Assembly (NCBI RefSeq): GCF_001194135.2
Contig: NC_068998.1
Location: 632,186-696,185, forward strand
Length of the DNA stretch: 64,000 nucleotides
Reading direction: 5' to 3'
From: Octopus bimaculoides
Lineage: Eukaryota
Positions 41,298 to 54,805 of the stretch are shown piece by piece. The stretch's first letter is position 1. Each line of letters opens with the position of its first letter. The position numbers and the translations under genes are program-made. The notes beneath the pieces were generated by a model, which made no database searches, had not been told where the DNA came from, and saw nothing but the letters and a program-made list of their open reading frames with translations.

Positions 41298-42379
41298 GAA
41301 TCTATGCAGCACTCAACCTGCTTGAAATAGTGTCTAAATTTCCCTCAATTTATAATATTTATGAATAGAAGACTGGATGATTATTGCTTTAACCTTTTAG
41401 CATTTAAACCAGTCAGATCTGGCCCCTCACACCTATTCTATAATACCATTCTAAAAATAAACAATCACGTCATCAAAATCTTGATGCTTGATTAATTCAA
41501 AACAACATTAATAAATAAGCATTACATTTAATAGTCTGAAATGCTAAATGGTTAATTGTACAAAAGCTAACTGGACCCAAACTGACCGAGTGTTATATCT
41601 TATATAATTTTACATAAGCTATAAATCTGTAACATATACTAAATATATGCCAACATGGACATCGTTTAGAAATTGCAGCTAAATTTCCAACATCCTTCTA
41701 GCTTTTAAAAAAGGTAGGACATTGACTGATGTAGTCAGATATACACTCTCCCTGATGATTAAGGGAAATGGCCATGGCTGGAATGCCTTTACTTTGCTCA
41801 GTAAAAGCTGACCTAGAGACAAACAACAACAGCAAAAGACTTTCTGATGCTAAAAAGCTGAGAAATAGATACAGAAACTGGTTCTTAGATTTGACAAAAC
41901 TTGGCCTCAAAGATAACACAATTTTAGGGTTAGGGTTGATGCGTCGTATTGAAGATTTTGTCTTCACGTTTCCAACTGAAACAGACATTAAGACTGAGTC
42001 GGATTTACTTCTCTCTTTCACTCTGACTGATTGTCTATCTCTCTCTCCCTCTCTCTCCTTTGTTCTACAGGGGTAGCCAAGTGTCTCCTCTGGAGTAAGA
42101 CAACTACTCCTGTCTCCCTGTGTTATGTTGTAACCTTTCACCTCTGGCACACAGCCACTTCCCTCAATTTCACTCCCCCACCCAGCTCTTTGTCTTGCAA
42201 GTTATTTAGTGACTCTGCTATTGCTGGTGCCACATAAGATGCAGTTTGTAAAGTGGTTGGCATTAGGAAGGTCATCCAGCCATAGAAACCATTCCAAAGC
42301 AGACATTGGAGTCTGGTACAGCTCTCCAGCCTTGCCAGTTTTTGTAAAAACCATGCCAGCATAGAACAATAATAAGCCT

Positions 42380-42582
42380 TTCTACTATAGACACAAGAAA
42401 TTTTGAGGGGAGGGGTTAAGTCAATTAGATCAACCCCAGTTCTCAACTGGTACTTTATTGACCCTGAAAGGATATGAAAAGCAAAGTCAACCTTGGCAGA
42501 ATTTGAACTTAGAACATAAAAACGGACAAAATGCCACAAAGCATTTCATCCTGTGTGCTAATGATTCAGCCAGCTTGCTGCC

Positions 42583-42585
<3 letters not shown>
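42380..42585 (-). mobile_element. SINE copy (same family as 14517-14745)
   Basis: Contains gatcaaccccagt...gcaaagtcaaccttggcagaatttgaact core. Confidence 0.75.

Positions 42586-42642
<57 letters not shown>
42584..42642. repeat. (ATA)n microsatellite
   Basis: Perfect trinucleotide run. Confidence 0.95.
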
Positions 42643-42644
<2 letters not shown>

Positions 42645-43465
42645 GTTGGGATAATATTCCTGTTAGCTCTATCTATGCCTGTCTTAGAAAAAGAAATTTA
42701 ATTTGTTGAGCTTCAAAATTTGTTTATATTTCTTTCGCATGTAGTTTTGCTTATTCTTTCCCTATTTACCAATTCTGTAGAAACTTCACCATCTTTACTT
42801 TATTATTAATAATACAATTGGTACCATTTGGGTTTTTTATTTCTTTGTTCTTCTTTCGTTTCTAATTTGACTTTTGATTCTTCCAAAAACATTCTTTTTT
42901 TTTAACTTTTAACCTGCAAGGAAGAACTGCTAAAGTTTATAAGTTCTCTCCTATTGCCGCTGCCGCTGAGATATTGAGTGGAAAGACAGACAGACAGACA
43001 TATCTACTATGCCTATCAATAATATTGGCAATGCTACTCTCATATTGATCTAGTTATTTTAAAAAAACTGCTTGCAAAAGGAGATTTTTTAAAGGCATTT
43101 TACTTTCAATATTTCTTTATTTGTGCCATTTTTTAGTTTTCTTTAATGGCTTCAACCATACAACAGTTCACTTCATTGCTAAATTACTTCAACTCTTCTC
43201 TGTTGTGATTTTTTTTTCTTCATGTAACCAACATTATTGATGTTACATGGAAGATAAAAACATTAACACAAGATTCCCCCTTCCCCTCTCTCTCTCTTCC
43301 CCCCCCCCTCTCTCTCTCTCATATTAAAATCTACAGCAATTTCAAGGAAGTATTATGATCAAACTGCAGACAATATTTTTGTAACTTATTCCTCATACAA
43401 CAGGCAAATGTCTTTTCAGAAATGGCATACCCAGAAAATGTGTGCGCGCGCGCGCGTGCGTGCGT

Positions 43466-43496
<31 letters not shown>

Positions 43497-45073
43497 CGTG
43501 TGTGTGCGTGTGGTAACCACACAACTATGTAATGCTAAAACTATTTGTTGTTGTTCAAATAAGAAAACTTAATTCCTCACTGTGAATTTGGGACTCTTTC
43601 TTTTTTGTTTTCATTTTGTTTATTAGTGAACTGGACCAAATCACTGCACATTGGTCAGGGGTTCAGTTCTACTGTAGCCCTTTATGTAGAGCTCATAGCT
43701 TGAAACGTAACTCTGTAAATACTTGAAAAACTAGATAATTAGAATTCAAGGAATCTAATTTTAGTCACTGTGGGCAAATACCAGTTAAATAATTTCATGT
43801 ACGATGGAGAGAGGAGAATTTTCATGTTTTAGGTTAAAAATAAAATTGATTCCACTCTTAATACAGTTTAGTTAGCTGGAAAATGGACATCTAAATATGA
43901 AAAATATTTGAAAAAACACGTACATGTCCATGATAACAAGGAATAGTTGATGGCAGGCAGTGTAAATAGAAAAAAAACAATTCAATTTGTTGATTCTTAA
44001 AATGGCTTTGTTTAAAATAACTGAAATTTTATTTTGTTTGATTTTATTTGAAGAGAAATATTTTCTTTTAATATTTTCCATCTATTTGACCAAGTCAACA
44101 CAGATGGCTTATTTAATGGAGAAATTGTTTTTGCAGCCCTTCTTAACACTAACTGCTCAACCTTGAAGTGAAACTGGTTATTGTTTTTTTTTAACCCTTG
44201 GTCAGCCCTGATCAACTACATCGAAAGGTATGACAGTCACGATCATACTGTCTTTTATTTAGACACTGTCTAGGATTATATTATACAGTGCCTTCGTTAT
44301 TTATCAAAATGTAAGGTGTTCTTCAAGGAAGATTTAGCTGATATTACTAGTATAAAGGCTTGCTCATTGGTTTGATTTGTTCAGCTGGACAAAGAGAAAG
44401 CAGAATTATGAAATTTGTAGAGGCTACAGTAGGATTTAATCCTGTGAGGTTGTGGTCAGTACTTTCCCCTTATAAGGGAAGAGAGAAAAGGTAAGACTGT
44501 TGAAATAGAGAGACCCTTAAATCAGAGAGACAATGTCAGTGGTGAAAGTGGAATGTAGAGTAAAATTAGAAGGGAATGCAGGAGAGAGATACAACCTGGT
44601 TATGACTTATGGCCATGAGTAAAGAGCCGAACTAGTTTGATCCAGTTTGCTTGACTGGTTGTGCAGCCATGACTAAGGTACCTAACTAGCTTGATCCAGT
44701 TTGCCGGTCTGAACTAAATAGGTTCTACAAATCCCTACTTCATAGGTGAGTGGTTAGTGACAGACAGGGGACAATAACAACATTATATATAAAACCAGCT
44801 GTATGGTTGGCTAATCATCATCATCGTTTGATGTCCACTTTCCATGCTGGCATGGGTTGGGTGGTTTGACTGAGGGCAGGCAAGCCAGAAGGCTGCACCA
44901 AGCTCCAATCTGATCTGGCAGAGTTTCTACAGCTAATCCCTTTATTAGTCCAGCTCAAACTAAATATTTGAAAAAAAGCAAAAAATGTCCTATTCATGAC
45001 TATATGATTTCCAACACAAATTGAGTTATAACACTTCAGCACATTGAACTAGAACGAGAGCTACTATTCAGCA

Positions 45074-45076
<3 letters not shown>

Positions 45077-45114
<38 letters not shown>
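45077..45114 (+). repeat. Poly(A) run, 38 nt
   Basis: Uninterrupted A tract. Confidence 0.95.
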
Positions 45115-45116
<2 letters not shown>

Positions 45117-47220
45117 ACCAACCTTGTGAATAAGTACCTGGGACCCTGGCTTGATATGTAAATGTTGGATTTTGATCAGAGTTATATGAGAAGAAAGTTC
45201 ACATTTTGAACTTTCAAATGTATATAATTTTCCATTGAAAAAAATGTATTTTGACATGAAAATAATTAATAAGCTAAAAGTGTGTTTTTGTGTGGCCAAA
45301 CTGTGCTTGGCCCCCTGGTATGGCATTCTATAGTGATACCTAGTATATGTCATTGTACTCTCCTGTGGAATGTATGTCACTGTACTCCAGTGTAAGATAT
45401 AGCTTCCTATAGAGTACAGTAGCTAATGACTGTTGAACTCTATTGAGAAGTATATTATTGTGATCTGAAACCATTACAACTGGCCATATTGATTATATAA
45501 CACATTAATAAAAGAGAATGTAATAAAATAATGGTTTCTGATTTAGGCACAAGGCCAATAATAACAATAACATTCATATAACGTTTACTATTGAACATTG
45601 TGGATATTTGAATAATAAATAACTGATGTATCTTTTGGGATTGTTAAAACTACAACCAGCACCACCGCTAACCCCCCCCCCATTCCTAGCAATACTACTA
45701 CTATTACCAGCACTACTATCATCACTGTCACTAAATATTACCATCTCACCACTTCACTATAAGCACTTTTATAAACACCACCACCACCACACTACAATTA
45801 CTACAACAGTACATCCACCACCAACCCTGTAACCTCTACCACTACAACTACCATGACCACTACTAGCTCAGTTTATTTTACTCAAGCTATTTGTTCTCCA
45901 AATATTATTATAGTTCTCATATCGTCTGCTAGATTTCCTTAAAAATGGACTTGGTTCCATTCTTAGATATTTCCCATTCCTAGTAATCAATAATTATTGC
46001 AGAAATCACATGCCAAAAACAATTTGATGAATCAAGTGATTTTTAAGTACAAACTTACAGCCATTCTTTTAAACTTTCTTACAATTATTAACTCTTGTTT
46101 TTGCCTCATGGAAGAGAGTTTTGTTAGAGTTGTGTAGAATGTAGACAAATTGAATTTTGTTGTCAATGGAAACTGTTCTATTCCATATTACACCACAAAA
46201 TATATCTATAGCATTCTTCCATCTTCCCAATATTATCTCATGTTATATTATTCCCCAATTCTTCTTTCCTATATTCTTCAACAACCAGGAATCCTACCAG
46301 TGTTATTACATTTTTATCCAGAATCCACCAAATATATCAAAGAGAACCAAGGATTGTTCCAGACATTATAGAGTCACTTCCATAATGTCATGCATGATAT
46401 TTTCCTCTATAATTGTCACAAATGTAAATATATTTAATGTTTTCAAGGCGGAAGACACTTGACCATAAGGTGTTCCTTTATAATCAGGAGGTCAGTATGG
46501 GGGTGGGGAATAAATAAAATTGATGATGTTTAGGTGGAGTTTGAAAGGATTAAGTTTAATGGCAGGGTTTTAAGAAGTATTGATTTCAATCAATATAGGG
46601 ATTTCAACGAGACAGGCATTGTAACAAGTTGTGAAGAATGTAATTGCAAATAAAGAATAGATTAGATCTGAATAATGATTGTTAGATGATCAATAAAGAA
46701 ACGGGGATTACCAGTCAGATATAGGGCTTTTCTTGTGAATGTATTAAATATGGTGCATATAGCCATTTAAGTCATGGAGACAGTGACAGAGAATTTCATA
46801 GCTGAATTTTGAAACCCTTCAGTTAGTACAAACAAAACTGATTGATCTAAAATATATTATTTAATAAGAAATCCATTGTAAATGATTTCAGATTGGTTTT
46901 AAGTGACTAGATATAATAAGGTTCGAACTGGAGTGTTATATATTAGCTATAATATACGTATAAACCTGAGGCTTAGTAATGAAATAACTGTTTTCTGCAG
47001 ATCAATAGTTTTGATTGCTAAATTCTCTTTAGTTCTTGAATGATTACAGTAAAACCTTGATTGTTCCCCCCCCACCACTTCATTGAACTGAAATATTTCA
47101 TGCAAGACTCCAACACGATTTTAATTAAATCGTATTAAAGACAAGTAAGTTATGTTGTGTCTATCATCTTATGTATTTCACGTTTTACCTAATTCCTTTA
47201 TTATTTTACTATTTTGTCAG

Positions 47221-47316
47221 AAATCTCTACAAGGCCCCGTCAGCTTCAATGTTGTCCCATCAGCTTCCTCCTGGTACTTCAGTGACAAATTCGACCAGAG
47301 TTTGAACCCCAAAGAG
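47221..47316 (+). CDS. CASK: CASK PDZ-terminal exon copy A, diverged (KSLQGPVSFNVVPSASSWYFSDKFDQSLNPKE)
   Basis: 96 nt, phase 0-0, ttttgtcag| and GAG|gtatgt, open frame. QGPVSFNVVPS aligns with the CASK PDZ end [11 protein letters not shown]. Confidence 0.75.
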
Positions 47317-47416
47317 GTATGTTATTCCTCATCTGAGACTGCTTATATCCTCTTTATTTCCTTGTTCACTTCCCTTTTCTCTGAAGCACTTTTCTTGTCA
47401 ATTTCTGTCATTCCAG

Positions 47417-47470
47417 AAAGAAGCACAAGGGGCTGTACCTAGTTACAGATATGTTCCGGCTCGGTGTGAG
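47417..47470 (+). CDS. CASK: CASK PDZ-terminal/linker exon copy B (KEAQGAVPSYRYVPARCE), 5 aa shorter than canonical
   Basis: 54 nt, phase 0-0, ttccag| and GAG|gtaatc. Aligns to [23 protein letters not shown] (VPSYR and terminal CE kept) with a 5-codon gap over the last PDZ strand. Confidence 0.85.
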
Positions 47471-50400
47471 GTAATCATCCTATTCACCTGCAGCCTTTCA
47501 CCGGCAGCAGTGACCCCTACCCAGTCTAGCAGTAGCCATATAGTCTGGTGCCAGTTCATTGTTAATTTTTTTGGTTTCATTTTTATTTTGCTGCATGTTG
47601 GTTTATGTTTATTTTCACTGACCCAACTCCTCCTCCTCCTCCTCCCACTACTATTACTATGGCAAACAGTTCTATCAGTGGTGACTATTTAACATCTCTT
47701 TACTACTGCATAAGAGAGGTTTCACAAAGGACTCTTCAACACCATCAGGTCTCCAGTTGCTCAGCAATGCTGCCATATTGATAATAATAGTCTGTTTTCC
47801 AGGGTTAATTAGTGATATCACAGATTGGATTTTAAAGAATACAACTGGAAATTTAAAAGGGAATATTTGACTCAAACATTTAAGATGACCGTTGCAGAAG
47901 TGGTGTCGAGTTAAACCAACATGCAAAGCCAGCAAATTGGTGGAGAGCTCCTGGTGAATTGACACTAAACTCTGCCCTTTTGTTGGTGGTTTCTGTATGC
48001 AGACAGGAATGGATCTAGGTTGACTCACCACAAGGGACTAAATCTCAAAGATCAACAAATTCCAGCTCATTTTCATCAATAAAAAACACTTTCCTTCTCC
48101 ATCTCTTATCATTAAAATAAATTATCTAGCATAAAGATATAATAGTCTGTGAAACATTATCTTTCAGTTTTTGAAACAGCCCAAAGACTTTCTCCATCAC
48201 TCAGAACAAAGTCATTCAAATAATCTAATCATAAATTTATAATTATTACTTTCAAACTTTTTACCACTTGTAAGGAAATATTTGTCTACACCTCACAAAA
48301 CACAATAAGCAAAAATGATCTTTGCCCTGGCCAGTGTAGGAGGGCATTGTCTCCAAATAAGAACCGACTCATGCCATCACCCCTCATACTCAGGCTAGCA
48401 TGGAAAGTGGTGTTAATGAATGATGACAAGTAATGATATTTGGTTACAAGAACATCTAAGACTCTCAGACTTCCAGTTCTTGATGAACCACAATGCTACT
48501 AAATCATATAAACCATCTTTCACAGTTCGATTATCAAGTGTGAATTTTCTTACACTATTTGGTCTGGAAACTCTTCAGACAGAGGCAAATATTATTGAAT
48601 GGATTTATATTTGGGTTCTGTTTTTTTGTATTATTTTTTTAATCCTTCTTCCATTCACCCTAATGAAATAATGTAAATTTTTACAGAGTGAACAGAAGGA
48701 TGAAGGACAAAGGTTCAAACTTGTATCTGAACTCAGAATTTAAAGAGACCCAACCAAGTACTGCAAATCATTCTGCCATCCATCCTCATAATAACAATAA
48801 CAATTATAATAAAGTTTGCTGCTATATGGGAAAGCTTCATAGTCAGCTTAGCAATAAACCGTCTTGCATTGTTCTAAGTGCTATCAGGGTTTCAATCCTA
48901 TGTGTTGTCATGCATGCTCTTTAACCCTTGGCAAGCATGTGTCATCAGATGTAGATCAGTCATTGCATTCATAACCTTCCTTTGTGTTTTTATTTTTATA
49001 TATTTTTGTTTTTTAATTAACTAAATTTATTGCAGCTGGTCGGTCGGTCGGTCGGTTGGTAATTTGTTTCATATTAGAATATGATAAAAACCAGTCTTGT
49101 CAACATACAACATATACACCATGTCAGCACGGGGCTGACACACACACACACGCACTACACATCAACAAATTTATACGATATTAAGTCAATAGGTGACATG
49201 TATACCACATGTCAACATGTGACACACACACACATGCATTTATATGCACATACACACACTACATGTCAGCAGATATGTAATTTATGTGAGGTCAATAAAC
49301 CCTGACCCCCAAACTGACCCCCTCCCCAATAGCAGAAGGTCTTCACTCTTTTGGAACCGCAGAGATTCCCTGCTCGTCCTATATTTCTGGTTTTCGGACA
49401 ATCACAGCACAGAAGCACCAACTTTGAACCATTCCATGTCTGAAATTACCATTAGATGGACAATCGGAGCAGAGATAAACCCATTATTTAGTAATATCAG
49501 CTAAAGTCAGGCTTTTATCAAAATCTAAAGCTGAAATATGATGGGTGTATTGAAAAAATATTGTTGTTATCATTGATATCATTATTAATAGATTTTTGTT
49601 GTTGTTGTTTGCCTAGAAAGCAACAGACTCATAAATATTGCAATTCAATACAATTTTCATTTCCTTTATGGAATTTCTGTACCACACACACATACACAAA
49701 CATCAGAGTGTGTGAGAACAATAGCAATAACAACAACTACCGCTACCACCACCACCACCACCACCACCACCACCACAACCAACACCATTTCTATTACAGT
49801 AATGAAATGTTCAGATTTATTGATGGAAAGAAACGATGTTGTGATGTTTATCATTTTTCACATATCCAATATGTTCATGAAATGTTTTACATTAACTGTG
49901 TCAGGTGGGGGTCATAGTGGCAGTGGTAGCAGTAAACAAGCTGATAGTAGAAGCAGTAGTAGTAATAGTGGTAGTAGTAACAGTAGAAGTTGTGGTGTGT
50001 GCTATGTTAGAAACCATTAACTATGTTACTGAAGACTGGGTGTTTAGACTCATTTGAGCCACACATGAAGTTACCTTTAAAGCTCAGGTGGAGAAAAAAC
50101 AGATGTTGTTGTTGTATGCCAGTGAAAAATACTTGTTTTGTTTCTGCCCACCTTTACATATCCTCTACATTTGGTGGCCATGTTTCACTACAACAATGTA
50201 CTTTGACCACAATCTGCGCTTCATTTGATGAGAGAATTCCTTTGTTGCCAGCAGTGGTAATTGCTCTCCAGACTTTTTCTACTCTCTTCTTACTGTGGCT
50301 TCTTACAACTCTCCAATCACCCACCTTGTGAGTAGGATAACAGGTCATTTAACAAATTACAAAATAAATCTATACATATACTACAACAGCATTATTCTCA

Positions 50401-52307
50401 AGCCGATGGAATGTTTTGCAAAATTTGGCTAATGATAATGTTTCACGATTCTTACTGACATTATAAATAACCAAAGAACACATTCACACATGTGATGTAC
50501 TACAAAACAAACCATGTGTCTATGTAAGTTAGTGACTTTTTACACGTGTGTATTGTTAATGAGACCAAGCTCTCATTATTGTGCATATGCCATTATATAT
50601 ATATATATATATAGATAGATGTGTGTGTGTGTGTGTGTGTATTCCCACCCAACAGATTTTTGACCTTTTAATCAACTATTCTTGACAACCTTAATAACGT
50701 CCTTATTCTCAGGCTGTTTAAATACACTTGACCTTTCAGCCACCATTGCAACCACTACTAGCTTTCCTGGTCTTTTCAAAGAAAGAAAACTGAAGAAATA
50801 TATATTTTCACTCATGCCCACCCAGCCACAGAGGTGAAGTAAATGGAATCAAAGCACCAGATGCTCTATCTCTCGTAAAACTTCTCTACAATATCAGCAT
50901 TTAGTTCTTTCTCAGATTGATAAGTGAAATGTCTACGCGAGATATTGAAACAATACCATCAACTTTTGCTTCTTACAAATACAGCATCTGTTTCAAAATA
51001 AAGTCAATTTATTTGAAACTGCCCCTTGATAATCACCATTTAAGTGATTATCAAGGAGCATTAAAACAAATGAGAGAAATTCTATTTCACTGCAAGCAAC
51101 TTTCTTGGTAACAATTGTAGATATTGCACCACAAGACAATGTGGTAGCCTCACCCACAGACATACCACTAAACAATGTTGTTAGTTATCTAATTAGTCTA
51201 TCCCTTTGATTAAATGTAAAAAAAAACACAATTCAATCCAACTGTGTGACATGGCTATGTTTTTAGGACAGTAATAACTATAAACTAACAATTGGTTTCC
51301 CTTTTGATTTGGATACAATTGAGATTTCTTACTTGCAATATCTTTATATTCTAATATTTAAACTTAAATCAGCTGTGTCCTTCAGAAGGAGAAGGAAATA
51401 ATAAAGCCAGCAAAATGGTACAGAAGGAAATCTAAAGCCAAAATGTAAATCATTTACTGATGAGAAATTCTAGACATACAAGTTTACAAGATTTATCTTC
51501 CCTTTACTGTTTGTTTATGTTTATATTTTCATTTCCCACAAACTTTCTCCTTCCAATTCATGCTTCACTGAGAAAATATCTGCATGCCATCATCTTTGTT
51601 TCTTTGTTGGTATTTTATTAATTTTTTAAAACACTTTTTGATATTTTTTGAATGAATATTTTTCTATTTTGTCACATTCTCCCATCTACCAGAACTACCA
51701 CCACTACAGCTGCTGCTACTACTACTACTACCACTATCACTACTGCTGCCAGTTCAACATTAGAATTGGTAGAGCACCAGACTTTACCAATGTTAATAAT
51801 CTCATACCTCTCTGTTTCCAATCAGAATCCCAGCAGGATCTCCTGTGTCCATTTTTCCAGGAAATAACAAATCAATATCATTGGCCTCGGTTTACCATTT
51901 ATTTTTATCTCCACACTATTTCATGGTAAAATGCCATCAGCATCGTTGTTTATAACTGAAGTAGCCACAGCGAACCATACAGATACCAGGATGCCAATAG
52001 TTTCTTATTCCTTTACAACAATCAAATTCAATTTGTTGATTCAAGGATTTATCATTCCAGTCATCAATATAATTATTCAGCATTGTTGCTTAACTTACCC
52101 ATCTTTTAATTCTAGTCATTCCCCAGTTGGGCTGCACTGATTCTAAATAAGGATTATATTCAGAATACAAGTCTTTGGAATACTCAACCACTTCCAATCA
52201 ATAAAAAGATAATTCAGTTGATTGAACAACTGATTATGTAGCTTTGAAAATGACAGATTCATTTATAAGAATGTTCTTGTATGTGTGTCTGTGTAGCTAG
52301 ATTAACG

Positions 52308-52350
<43 letters not shown>

Positions 52351-52386
52351 GAACATATATTATACATATACATATATACACACAGA

Positions 52387-52425
<39 letters not shown>

Positions 52426-54301
52426 TATCAGATATATACAGATATAGATGGATACATACATGCATGCGTGCAGATAGACAGACAGATGTATATGTTGCTT
52501 TGATTATTTAACCTTGTCTGTTGTCCTTATTTTACTTCATAAACATATGTATGGGAGGGGGGGGTTGCTCAAATGTACACACACACACGTGTGTGTGTGT
52601 GTGTGTGTACTTGTATTTACCAATATTTTTCTAATGTATCTTTTTTCATAAAGATAATATCACTATTGCCAAATGTCCATGCCATAGAATAAATAACGGC
52701 CCAACTTGACATTCTATTCAATAGATAAACAGGAAAGAAAAAAAAACAAAAAAGGAAAAGAACAAATTTGCTTTGAAGGCTATGATGGCATTGCATTTAA
52801 TGCAGCCTCAGATCTGATGGTTCTGACATTCCTTTGAAGTGATTTTACCAAAAGACTGGAATATGGCACACAAGATACAAACTGATCAGGAAATAGGAAG
52901 ACAAACTACACAAGAACACAAGAAATTCCTTTTTTTTTTGCTTGTTTTTTTTGGTTTTTCCTTTTATAAACATTTTCTCACCCATAATCCATCGACATGG
53001 TTTATATTCTAAGAAAGTTTCAGCTACAATGTAATCTCTATCTTGTTTTTGTTGTGGATGTGTTCCCTACTTTTGATTCTTGTGTGTGTGTGTATAGGAA
53101 TGCGATATACAATATTTCAAAAATGTTTCCGTGACATGTTTGAAACTGATAGGCTAATGCTGCTGGTCGAAAGTGACATGCCATTAAACAAAGTGTGCAA
53201 TGTTGCATGTTGCTGTCCTCGTTAGGTGCAGCATTGAACTTAAGCTGCAGGAATGGAAAATGGTAAAATGGAATTTATAAACAAAGTATGTTTAATCCTA
53301 TAAAAGCAGGTTACATTTAAATACTTAAGAAATCTGACAGCCAGATTAAATTGTTCAATTTGAATGTGTAACAATGCAACCACCACTGACATATGTTATG
53401 TGTATAGTACTCGGTTCTAAATCATTTCTCTCTGGTCCACACTCCTCTGTGGGTGGGTGTGGGTGCCATGTAACCAGCATATTGGAATCTTAAGTTTTTC
53501 TTGCTGCTGTATTTCAGTGGAATACATACTATCAGAAAAGAACACAGATCTTATACATACTCACACACACATGTATGTAAATCTACAGACACATACACCT
53601 AAAGTACAAGCATAGCTGTATAGTGAAGCAGTCTGCTTCCTAACCATGTGGTTTCGGGTTCAGTCCCATGGTGTGATGCCTTGGGTAAATGTCATGTACT
53701 ACAGCCCAGGGTTAACCAGAGCCTTGTGAGCTGATTTGATAAGATGGTAACTGGAAGAGGCTTACTGTACACACGTGTGTATGTGTGTGCATGCATCCCT
53801 ATCTTGACATAATGTGATACTTGCCAACATCACTGTCACAACTGTAATGGTGCTCATTTGCAATCTTCTGCATAGACAGGTCTGGCTCTTTCATAGTTCA
53901 TGTTCAAAAAACTGGGGGAAATATCTTGTTTGAAAAAATACAGATGAGGGCAGGTGACAGAAAAGGCATCCAGTCACAGAAAATCTGCCTCAACAAATTT
54001 CATGCAAGCATAGAAAATGAGATGTTAAAATGATGATGATGCACACACACGATTTATATCCATAGAAACACATTTGGATATGTGTGTGTGTGTGTGCAGA
54101 ATTGCGTTGATCCTTTGGTCAATAACTGATGAGGATTTGGTGACCAACTGTGTCTGTTTTCCATTTGTTTGTGCATTTATTATATGTTTATATATATATA
54201 TAAACATAGGGCAGATATATAGAGAAACCTAAAGTGTATACATTCAGTGTCTTTTTAATATATACTGCTACACTATTTCTGCATATTGTACTCACTTTTA
54301 G

Positions 54302-54365
<64 letters not shown>

Positions 54366-54805
54366 TGTCACTTAAACACTTAATGTATACATATAAGAAT
54401 GTAACATCATCATAATGTTCAATGTCAGCCAATTGCAAGAGCCACAACAATAGACCCATAATTGTAATTTGATTGGTTTACAATAAAGGGAGTAGGTGGA
54501 GCAAGTTCAAGTTACACAATGTCTGACTGTCTTTAGACATCTACCATATTCCTTGCCTATTCAATTAACCTTCCTTTAACCTGTCTTCAAAATGGCAAAC
54601 AATGGAATCCATAAGTAATTGCTTATAGAATTACAGACACTGTTGTAGCTATGACATTCTACAGAGTCATAATGCTATCATCATCATCATAAACATCGTT
54701 TTTTATGTTTTTTCTATACTGGCATGATCACATATATGTGTGTACACAGCGATATGCATATATTTGTGCGTGTGTGCGTGTGTGTACACACATTTGTATA
54801 TGTTA

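Noticed and set aside
41925-41938. Interstitial telomeric repeat
   Set aside because: Only two TTAGGG units, expected by chance.
48687-48743. Apparent third PDZ-terminal exon copy, SEQKDEGQRFKLVSELRI* (FKLV..LR resembling FKIVPSYR) after ttttacag
   Set aside because: The DNA (gaaggatgaaggacaaag...tgaactcagaatttaaag) matches the minus-strand SINE core seen at 31095-31330 and 42380-42585, so it is a decayed SINE.
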